64,000 nucleotides of DNA from Candidatus Latescibacterota bacterium (lineage in GTDB: Bacteria > Latescibacterota > UBA2968 > UBA8231): assembly GCA_965243025.1 (NCBI GenBank), contig CBDETY010000003.1, positions 2,592,001-2,656,000 on the forward strand, read 5' to 3'. The position numbers were made by a program, and so were the translations under genes. Within the stretch, counting starts at the first letter, position 1. Each line of letters starts with the position of its first letter. The notes under the pieces are model-generated. The model searched no databases and was not told where the DNA came from. It saw only the letters and a list, made by a program, of their open reading frames with translations. Of the stretch, positions 45,920 to 53,884 are shown one piece after another.

Positions 45920-48646
45920 TCAGTAGGCCACGGCGATGGTGCGCAGGAGCTCCCGGCTGGTCAGCGCGTTATCACCGGTGTCACCATCGACGCCGAGCCT
46001 CACGGCATACACCCCGGGCGGCACGAGCGCTCCCTGCCGGTCACGTCCGTCCCAGGTGATCTCGAGAGGCCCTGCGCTCACCTGGCGCACCTCGACGCGG
46101 CGAGCCACGAGCCGCCCGCTCAGATCGAAGATCTCCGCTTTGACCGCCGTGTTTGGCGCAGCCAGCAGGACGGTGAAGGCCAGGGTCGATTCTTCATTCA
46201 CGCCGTCCCCATTCGGCGTCAGGACCGGCGGATCGATCGTCAAGTCCACGAACAGATCGTTACTCTGCGTCGCAGCCAGTACCATGAGAGAGGAGCGGGG
46301 AACCTTCTCGTCTACCCGCTGCCAGGCCCCCTGTCCGCTTTCGCTGCGGCGCAGGCTGGCATGCAGGCGCCCGCCCGCCGAGAACAGAGTGCCGGTGAAC
46401 TCCAGTCTGATCTTCTCCACGTCGTCGGAGCGCTCGATGGCGGGGAAGCTGAGATGGAGGCTGTCTCCTTCGGCCAGCGTCTCGACCCCGGACAGGGCCA
46501 GCCCGCTCATATCGGCCGCCTCGGCCAGCTCCGACTCCTTGCCGGCGTAGAGCGTCCCGTAGGTGAGCTGCATCCCCGCCGGCGGCTTCACGAGAAGCTC
46601 GTCGAATCCGGCTGTCAGGGTGTCGACCGCTACCCCGAGAATGTAGGGTCGGGCCTCTCCCAGGAGCTCGACCAATCCCGGTTTCAGCTCGCCGACCAGC
46701 CGCCGCGCGACGGGGCTGTCGAAGCTGAGCCGGATGCTCTTGAGCGTAGCTCGAGCATGGGGATCGTCTGACCGCAGGGTCGCCCTGACGAGGAGGTACT
46801 CCCGCGGCGAAGGCGAGGTGATGGCGCTTCCCTCCGGGTCGGTGTACGGCTCGCTCCACGGCTCCCAGTCACCGGCGGCGACCAGCTCGGGCACGATCGG
46901 CCCTTTTCCGAGCCGGAGCTTGTCGTACGCCTTCCTGGCCTCCTCCTCGGTCTCCCTGACGAGCTCGAGGGTGTCTTCGCCGACGATGCGGAAGTAGTGG
47001 AACGCCGTATCGAGCCTGGCGCCCGTCCGCGTCTGCAGGGCCACCTCGGTGCCAGGGGGTGTGTCGGCATCCCACTCGATGGCAAAGAGGTTGCGGCTCC
47101 CTCTCAACGGGATGAGGCTGGAAGTAAGTGTCACCTCGGGTTGGTAGCCCTCCCCGAAGACCTGGATCTCCGCCAGGTTGACGGTGAGAGCCGCCGTGCC
47201 CTCCGGGTGCATGAGCCATTCCAGTCTCACGTAACGGGCCTTGATCGGCTCGAAGTCGGCCTCGTCGAGGACGATGATGCGCGATCGCGTGAAAGGCGTC
47301 TCGTCGAAGAGCTTCCTGTCCCATTTCAGACTGCCGTCCACTTCGCGGGTGCCGTCGGAGAAGTCGAGCCCCCACTCCGGCAGGGTGCGGGCGTGCGGCG
47401 TTCCCCGGAACTGAATCATGTGGCGGTAGCCGTCGACCCAGAACAGAGAGCCCAGATCGACACGCATGTTGTACCAATCAGAGGTCTGGCCGATATAGAG
47501 GGAGAGGTTCTGATGACTCGACAGATCGCCGTCGGTGAGCGTGGCCGGCGGTTTGAGCACATTGGGAAGCGTCCACGTCAGGCACGGCGGCTCCTGGCAT
47601 CTTCTCGCGAAGCCCTCGAAGATGTCGTCCCCCTTGGACCAGACCTCCAGCTCCGCCAGCCTGGGACGTTCGCGGAGCCAGTATCGAACCGGGCCCTGCC
47701 GGTGAGACGGCAACTCCTCCCACACGTCCTTCGAGACCGCCCGCTCTCCACTCGGCAGGAGCTTCTTCACGTACTCTACCATCCCCGTATCCCGGGGCGC
47801 ATTCACCCGCACGGAATCGTAGATCGCCTCGCTCACCTGGCGGCCCCGCCTGAAGGCGCTTCCGTGAACGACGACCTGCACGTGGCGAACCAGGCGTTTG
47901 CGCACTTCCGGATCCTGTGTCACCTCGGCAAACGATGGGTGCCAGCCCTGTTGCTCTGCAAAGGTCTCGAAGGCCCACCATCTCTCCACCGTCTCGACGC
48001 GTCTGAACTGGGACATATCGATCTCGAACTGGCGCTGGCTCTTGTTCGGCTCGAGGGTCGTGTGCACGCGCGCGAACTCCAGGCTCTCGGCGCCTTGCGC
48101 TGCTGTGGGCGTCTGTCCGTCCGACGTCAAAACATCGAATAGAAGGAAGGGGTCACCCAGATCCTCGTCCACGAACTTGAGCACGATCTTCTCGGCCATG
48201 ACGATCTTGCCCAGATCGACGGTAAACCACGCCTGAGATGCCGGATCGATGGTCTCGTCATCGGGAAAGGAGGGTTCCCAGTAGGTGCTCGGGTCGCCGT
48301 CGAAGAGATTCGCCGTTGCGCGGTGATTCGACCCCGCATCGATGGCGTCGAGGAGCTCGAACTCCTCCGGCGCCTTCCTGGAGAGGTACTCGGGCGGATT
48401 CCTGCGAAGGTTCTGCACAATTTCGTGCTCTGTGGCGACGCTCGTCCCCTTGCTCCAGAAATGAGGCCCCACTGCGCCTGCCGGGAGCACGTCCACCGTG
48501 CCCTCGGGGAAGCGCCATTGCTGCCAGTGCTCCTCATCGGAGATGACGACCTGATTGGCGCGGATGTGGTGTCCGTCCTGACCCCGTACGCCGGCTGTTA
48601 ACGCCAGGAGAAGGGAGCCACTCACGGCGAATCGTCTCACCATCAT
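45920..48646 (-). CDS. Secreted protein with discoidin/F5-8-like domains and a C-terminal FlgD-Ig/T9SS-CTD-like domain
   Basis: Signal peptide; NLFDGDPSTYW, WFTVDLG, LAELEV, ARYVRL and LAEIQVFG; tail LTPNGDGVNE...IFDLSGRLV...WDGRD..G.LVPPG.Y. Confidence 0.8.
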   Translation of the reverse strand: MMVRRFAVSGSLLLALTAGVRGQDGHHIRANQVVISDEEHWQQWRFPEGTVDVLPAGAVGPHFWSKGTSVATEHEIVQNLRRNPPEYLSRKAPEEFELLDAIDAGSNHRATANLFDGDPSTYWEPSFPDDETIDPASQAWFTVDLGKIVMAEKIVLKFVDEDLGDPFLLFDVLTSDGQTPTAAQGAESLEFARVHTTLEPNKSQRQFEIDMSQFRRVETVERWWAFETFAEQQGWHPSFAEVTQDPEVRKRLVRHVQVVVHGSAFRRGRQVSEAIYDSVRVNAPRDTGMVEYVKKLLPSGERAVSKDVWEELPSHRQGPVRYWLRERPRLAELEVWSKGDDIFEGFARRCQEPPCLTWTLPNVLKPPATLTDGDLSSHQNLSLYIGQTSDWYNMRVDLGSLFWVDGYRHMIQFRGTPHARTLPEWGLDFSDGTREVDGSLKWDRKLFDETPFTRSRIIVLDEADFEPIKARYVRLEWLMHPEGTAALTVNLAEIQVFGEGYQPEVTLTSSLIPLRGSRNLFAIEWDADTPPGTEVALQTRTGARLDTAFHYFRIVGEDTLELVRETEEEARKAYDKLRLGKGPIVPELVAAGDWEPWSEPYTDPEGSAITSPSPREYLLVRATLRSDDPHARATLKSIRLSFDSPVARRLVGELKPGLVELLGEARPYILGVAVDTLTAGFDELLVKPPAGMQLTYGTLYAGKESELAEAADMSGLALSGVETLAEGDSLHLSFPAIERSDDVEKIRLEFTGTLFSAGGRLHASLRRSESGQGAWQRVDEKVPRSSLMVLAATQSNDLFVDLTIDPPVLTPNGDGVNEESTLAFTVLLAAPNTAVKAEIFDLSGRLVARRVEVRQVSAGPLEITWDGRDRQGALVPPGVYAVRLGVDGDTGDNALTSRELLRTIAVAY

Positions 48647-48677
48647 TGTCTCCTAGTAGACATTGTCTCCTAGTAGA
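48644..48677. repeat. Exact 17-bp tandem duplication CATTGTCTCCTAGTAGA x2
   Basis: Read directly at 48644-48660 and 48661-48677. It spans the stop, RBS and start junction between the two FlgD-tailed genes. Confidence 0.9.
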
Positions 48678-50724
48678 CCACCGGCACCGCAGCGGTGGCC
48701 GTCTCCGAACCGCGATCGGTTTCTACCTCGAGCCGAAGCAGGTACAGACCGGGCGGCACCAGATCGTTGCCGTCGTCGGTGCCGTCCCAGGCGGCCGGAA
48801 AGCGACCACTGCCGGCGGCGGGAAGGAGAACGCTGGAGATCCGCGAGCCCGACAGATCGAACACTCCCAGCGCGGCCTGCACTTGCCCGGCCACGTTGAC
48901 CAGATCGTACTCGACTTGAAGCACGTCGTTGATGCCATCCCCGTTGGGCGTGAACGGGGAGACCCGGAACGCACGGATCACAGCTTTCCCGATCTGCACC
49001 GGATGTACCGTCAGGGAGTTGCTGTCCGCGAGCGGATCGGCGTCTCCGGCCGTCACCCGCTGATGCACCTCGTGCGGCCGGTCGCTGGCGAAGACGCGGG
49101 CGGAAAAGACGGTACCCACCTTGAACACCTCGGACTGGAATACCACCTCGATCAGATCGCCGCTCTGAACCGGACCGATGCGCGGAATCTGCACCGCAAA
49201 CCGTTCGCCGTCGTGGGGATCGACGCCGAACTCGCCGGCGCGCAACGTATCGAGCCCGATACGAACCTCATCGACGCTCGCCGGCGCCACCGGCGTCTCG
49301 ATCTCGATGGTATCGAACCCCAGATCCCGCTCGCCGATGTCCGGCCGCAGCTTGTAGGTGAATCGGGTCAGTTCGGCGAGCGGCACCTGCTGCGGCTCGA
49401 TCTCCGCCACCACCTGTGAGGCCGCCGGCGGCGTCGACACGGCGAACTGCAGAAAGTCGAGCCGCGCCCCTGCCTGCGCCTTCGAAGAGCTGAAGTCGGC
49501 CTGCAACTGCACGAACGCGTGCGGTCTGTCACCCACCAGATCGGCGCGGCCATCCTCGAAGTCGAGCGGCGGCGTCCAGAACTCCCAGTTCTGCTGATCG
49601 GGACTGGTGCCGGCCTTCTCCCCTGCTTCGAGCCTTCCGTAAGCCCTGCGCGTCAGCGGTCGCCCGGCGGCGTCCAGCGCAGTGCGCTCGTCTCCTCGAA
49701 ACGTCTTGCGCCAGTAAATGTTGGGGTCGTCGTCTCGGCCGCTGCGCATGGACAGGTCCAGCCGTGCGCCCTCCGGGACCTCGCCGCCCCAGGTCAGCTC
49801 ACCCAGGCTCGACAGGTGGTCCGGCGTGCAGTCCAGCAGGTCGGCGCCGCCGCAGCCCAGGGGGATGAGCTGGGTAGTGTAGTTCGCCTGCGAGGCGAAC
49901 CCGTCTGCGTAGATCTCCAACTCGGCGATCTCCCACGGCAGGTTGTTCACGGCCTGGAGGAGGATTCCGGCGACCGGTTCGTCCGGTAGCTTCAGGTCGA
50001 GAAGGGGCGTCGTGTTCTCCCTGATGTCGTAGCGCACGTCGAAATAGAGGCGAGTTCCGCCGCGCCATTCCACGTGCCCGTCGTGCGCGCCGGCGGTGCC
50101 TAACCCACCATCGTTCGTGCCCAGGCGGAGGGCGGAGATGAAGCGCTCGTTGAAAAAAGTCTGCGACGGCTGCATGACGATCCGGTTGATCGGCAGGGGA
50201 GACGGCGTCTCTTCCCCGAATTGGATCCAGATCGCCCTGCACCTGTCCGAACGCTCCGGGCTCGTAACGGGGAGCCCGCTCCCATCGGCCTGCACGGCAT
50301 CCCAGTTCCCGCAAAACAGCTGGAACCAGATCCCGAGTCCCGTGTAGGCCGTCTCGTAGTCGCCGTCGAACATGAGATCGAGTTCCGGAGCTTCAGACCA
50401 GTGGCCGATGTGGTCCATGACCCTGATGGATCCTCCCCGCTCCCGGATGAGGGGAGTGAGGTTGACACTCGGGTCGAGCTGTTCGGGCTGCAGGAAGTCC
50501 GGCGTCGGCGCCACGAGGTGAGCGCTGCCGAATTTCCCGGCATCGACGACATCGTCCCATTCCAGGAAATGGCAGGTCACGTTCACATCGCCGCACTGCT
50601 CGGGGGCATCGAGATTCGCGCCGCCTATGCGGTAGATGTCGAGGGCGGAGGACGGTCGAGGTACACCGAGGGACAGCACGCCGAAGGCGCACAGCAGACA
50701 GGCGAGGTTGGGAATTCTCATCAT
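48670..50724 (-). CDS. Secreted protein with a C-terminal FlgD-Ig/T9SS-CTD-like domain (paralog of the downstream gene)
   Basis: Signal peptide MMRIPNL...SSA-LD; MFDGD, WEIAELEIY and RSG...WEFW; tail FTPNGDGIND...VFDLSG...WDGTD...LVPPGLY. Confidence 0.8.
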   Translation of the reverse strand: MMRIPNLACLLCAFGVLSLGVPRPSSALDIYRIGGANLDAPEQCGDVNVTCHFLEWDDVVDAGKFGSAHLVAPTPDFLQPEQLDPSVNLTPLIRERGGSIRVMDHIGHWSEAPELDLMFDGDYETAYTGLGIWFQLFCGNWDAVQADGSGLPVTSPERSDRCRAIWIQFGEETPSPLPINRIVMQPSQTFFNERFISALRLGTNDGGLGTAGAHDGHVEWRGGTRLYFDVRYDIRENTTPLLDLKLPDEPVAGILLQAVNNLPWEIAELEIYADGFASQANYTTQLIPLGCGGADLLDCTPDHLSSLGELTWGGEVPEGARLDLSMRSGRDDDPNIYWRKTFRGDERTALDAAGRPLTRRAYGRLEAGEKAGTSPDQQNWEFWTPPLDFEDGRADLVGDRPHAFVQLQADFSSSKAQAGARLDFLQFAVSTPPAASQVVAEIEPQQVPLAELTRFTYKLRPDIGERDLGFDTIEIETPVAPASVDEVRIGLDTLRAGEFGVDPHDGERFAVQIPRIGPVQSGDLIEVVFQSEVFKVGTVFSARVFASDRPHEVHQRVTAGDADPLADSNSLTVHPVQIGKAVIRAFRVSPFTPNGDGINDVLQVEYDLVNVAGQVQAALGVFDLSGSRISSVLLPAAGSGRFPAAWDGTDDGNDLVPPGLYLLRLEVETDRGSETATAAVPVVY

Positions 50725-50755
50725 CGCGGGAACCCCCCTGCAAGGGGCCTCACTT

Positions 50756-50764
50756 AATATACCA
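50756..50764 (-). promoter_or_regulatory. Putative extended -10 promoter (TGGTATATT)
   Basis: TGn-TATATT about 30 nt upstream of start 50724 in an AT-rich patch. Confidence 0.35.
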
Positions 50765-50806
50765 ACATGTACACACCATCCCATTCCCCCCATTCCCCCA
50801 ATAAAG

Positions 50807-53614
50807 TCACTCGGTCCCGGCGTAAAGGGTGATAAAGCTCACCGTCTCCGTGAAGCCTTCGCTGTCTCGCTCGAACCGGCCCGGCTCAATCCGCTCGATC
50901 AACTCGTTCGAGGTGCGGCCGACCCGGAAGCCGAGCTGCGTGGTGAGGTGAAATCCCTGGTACTGGGATCGGTTCGACAACTGGATGGCAAAGGTGGCGG
51001 AGCGGAAGTCCCGGGTCTCGCCGACCTCGACCGCTTCCCCCAGCCCCGCCCGCCTGATGACGTCCTCTTCGTCGAGGACGAGATCGTGAAACTGCGCCAG
51101 CTCGAGCCCGGCCGTGAACTGTGACCGCCGCAGCACGGGAAACTGGAACACGAGCGCCGCCAGCCCCATCCAGTGCTCGCGGGGCTCGTCTGCCCGGGCA
51201 AACGCGTCCTGGAGCAGGAGCTCACTCTTGAGTCTGGGCGTCACGCTGAGTCTGCCCAGCGGCAGAGCGTACTCAGCCTTGTTGATAAGACCGAAAAGGA
51301 CGGATGCGTCCTCCAGCGGCCGCCCGTCGATGTCGCGCGGGTCGTCGGCCGCCTGGTTGTAGATCCGGTACTTGAGCTTGTTGTTGATCTCGAGACGCGG
51401 AACTGCGGTGTAGTCGAGCCCCAGCCAGGCGGTGTTCACCCATGTCTCCGGCGCGGGAAGGATGTCCTCGACGAGGGGCTGGATCGGGGCGTTTCGAAAA
51501 GGTGACGGCGCCCGCCGATCCTCGGGGATCGTGTCCTCGACGCGTTTGAGCATGTCGAAGACCCACAGCCGCCCCCACGAAGGGAAGTCCCTGTTGTAGG
51601 TGAACATGGCGTAAGTGGTCCGGTTGCGGCGGTCGTCGGAGAACATCTCCTCATCGAGGTGCCCCACGAAAATGCGCGCATCCGGCGTGAGGTGTGATCC
51701 CCCGAAGACATTGTACCCCTTGCGGTCGGCCTTGTAGGGGTAGTCGGGCAGATTGTCGTCTTCGAAGCGGTCGATGTAGCCGTTGTTGTTCAGGTCGATA
51801 CCGAACAGGAATTCGGGCCGATCTACGTGATGTCTGAGGAAGGGCTCCTCGTAGTCCGGAATCGTGTTGGGCACCGAGGTGTTGTCGTTCTGGTTGAAGT
51901 CGGAGATGAAGTCGTTGTTCTCGTCCCAGCCGGGGAAGATCTCCGGGTCCACGAACGAGGCGCCCGCTCGGGCCCAGTCGGGGAGGCGGTCCTGGTCGTC
52001 GTTGTCGTCGACGAACTCGTAGAGCGCGTTGGCAGGGACGTCGTACTGGAATTCCCCCTCATCGTCGGAGACGAAAGCGCTCGTGGAGTAATCCTCCGCC
52101 ACCGAGTAGAGCTCGCCGTAGGCGAAGTAGGGATAGCCCTGTCTCGAGACCGAGAGCAGCGCCGCATCGGCGCTGCGTGAGGAGATCTCGTGTCCCCGAT
52201 TGGCCGCGAAGCGGGAGGCGTTGGGGTACTGGGAGTACCTGATGTTCCGGTCCCACTCGCCGTAGAAGTCGAAGCCCAGCAGGTTCTTGCCCTCGATCGT
52301 GAATCCGCCCACCAGGTTGGCCGTGGGCAGACCGTATTGGAAGCGCACGACCCGCACGTTGGAGATGTCCTTGATGTTCCCCTCGGCCCGCTCCACGGGA
52401 AGCAGCACCGGCGATTGCTGCTCGAAGACTTCACTCGTCAGAGGCGGCAAGGGTACATCTTCCTCGCCATTCAGGCCGGTCTGCCTGTTCGACCACATGT
52501 CGATTCTGTAGTCGTTGGCCAGGATGTAGTCGAACTCCACTGCGATGATGCTCGTCAGGTCCGGACCGATGTAGGCCGCGTCATTGAAGTCGTAGTTCAG
52601 GGTGATCCGCTCGACGCCATCGGCCGCCAGGAACCCCTCCTTGACGAATCCCCCGAACACGGCAGGCCATTCCGCGCCCGCGCGCACGACCTCGGCGAGG
52701 GTGTGGACGGTTTCCTCCCCGGTTTCGAAGTCCCTGGTCCTGATACGCAGATCGTGGCCGAAGAGCGCTGCCCCTCCCTCGCCGTCCTCGGGGCTGTCAT
52801 CGCTCAAGACGACAGCGACCACGGTGACGGGCTTCCTGCTCTGGCCAGCGGTCAGGTTGCCGGCGATGAAATTGCCGTCGAACATGTCGAGAGCCGGATT
52901 CGAGTTCCTGGCGCCAACCAGGGTGCTCCCCAGGGTGATGAAGTCGCCGACCTGAACGGTCGCCCGCCCGCCGATGAGACTGGTGTGGCTGCTTGCAACG
53001 GAGGGCGTCTGGGTCCTGACAATGCCGGGGTCAGTGATGCGCGACGCGAGGACGGTGGCGGCGTACTTGTCGGCCGCGAAGTCGACCTGAACACCGTTGA
53101 ACCTCGGTTTGGAAAAGGTCATCGGTGTCAGCGTAGTCCGTATCTCTTTCCCAACGGTCACGGCGTAGGCGTACTGACCGCGGGCGTCGCCGCTCACCGT
53201 CAGGTCGCTGAACCACTCGGTGAATCTGGGGTCCTTGTAGAGACTGCTGCCCTGCGACTGGGGCTGGTCCTGACGCCAGTCGTAAATGAGCCAGCCATAG
53301 CTGATGAAATCGCCGAAGTTGTCGTAGAAGTAGTCTCCCGCGATCCTGGTATCGACGTAGCGCTCGTACCCTACCCTGGCGTAGTTGCTGTACTCCCACT
53401 GTCGCCACTGGTATTCGTGATACAGCTCCTGAGGCACGTACCAGCGCCTGACGGTGGGATCCAGAGCGCCGAACATCACCCCCGATCCCCGGGGCTGGAA
53501 GTTCACATCGCCTCCCCGCGCCGCCCCGAGTCGGGAGCCGTAATCCTCTGCCCCGGCAGCGCCCGAGGACAGCGCAGTCACAGTGAGGACTATGTCGAAC
53601 AGGCGAGACTTCAA
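50807..53614 (-). CDS. Large secreted hypothetical protein, paralog A (putative OM beta-barrel with Asp/Asn-rich motifs)
   Basis: TTG start after GAGGAAG, signal peptide ending AGA-ED, conserved blocks shared with the genes at 58597 and 61512. Confidence 0.8.
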   Translation of the reverse strand: MKSRLFDIVLTVTALSSGAAGAEDYGSRLGAARGGDVNFQPRGSGVMFGALDPTVRRWYVPQELYHEYQWRQWEYSNYARVGYERYVDTRIAGDYFYDNFGDFISYGWLIYDWRQDQPQSQGSSLYKDPRFTEWFSDLTVSGDARGQYAYAVTVGKEIRTTLTPMTFSKPRFNGVQVDFAADKYAATVLASRITDPGIVRTQTPSVASSHTSLIGGRATVQVGDFITLGSTLVGARNSNPALDMFDGNFIAGNLTAGQSRKPVTVVAVVLSDDSPEDGEGGAALFGHDLRIRTRDFETGEETVHTLAEVVRAGAEWPAVFGGFVKEGFLAADGVERITLNYDFNDAAYIGPDLTSIIAVEFDYILANDYRIDMWSNRQTGLNGEEDVPLPPLTSEVFEQQSPVLLPVERAEGNIKDISNVRVVRFQYGLPTANLVGGFTIEGKNLLGFDFYGEWDRNIRYSQYPNASRFAANRGHEISSRSADAALLSVSRQGYPYFAYGELYSVAEDYSTSAFVSDDEGEFQYDVPANALYEFVDDNDDQDRLPDWARAGASFVDPEIFPGWDENNDFISDFNQNDNTSVPNTIPDYEEPFLRHHVDRPEFLFGIDLNNNGYIDRFEDDNLPDYPYKADRKGYNVFGGSHLTPDARIFVGHLDEEMFSDDRRNRTTYAMFTYNRDFPSWGRLWVFDMLKRVEDTIPEDRRAPSPFRNAPIQPLVEDILPAPETWVNTAWLGLDYTAVPRLEINNKLKYRIYNQAADDPRDIDGRPLEDASVLFGLINKAEYALPLGRLSVTPRLKSELLLQDAFARADEPREHWMGLAALVFQFPVLRRSQFTAGLELAQFHDLVLDEEDVIRRAGLGEAVEVGETRDFRSATFAIQLSNRSQYQGFHLTTQLGFRVGRTSNELIERIEPGRFERDSEGFTETVSFITLYAGTE

Positions 53615-53884
53615 AGCGGGCTCTTCCTCATGTTTTCGAGAAAAAAGTGTGTTCTCAAAGGCGCGCGTCAAGTGACGGGCGGGCGGTTTGTGGTTGGCTT
53701 GACGGCCCTCAAATCGTCATTTCACAACTGATGCCCAGGGAAAGTTGCCGGCTCGCCGGTTTCGGGCGGCTTCATGATGGCGCGCTCCCCCTGAAACCCG
53801 GCCTCGTCGCCGGGAAGGCGCCTTCCCACGACAGCGGCATTTTGCTCGGGGCGTTTCGCCGAAGCCGACGGTGCCGTGTTCCCG

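Noticed and set aside
50776-50800. G-rich minus-strand tract GGGGGAATGGGGGGAATGGGATGG as a G-quadruplex
   Set aside because: Only three clear G3 runs, and unremarkable in a high-GC genome.
53812-53827. Palindrome GGGAAGGCGCCTTCCC as a terminator
   Set aside because: No U-tract on either strand; function unsupported.
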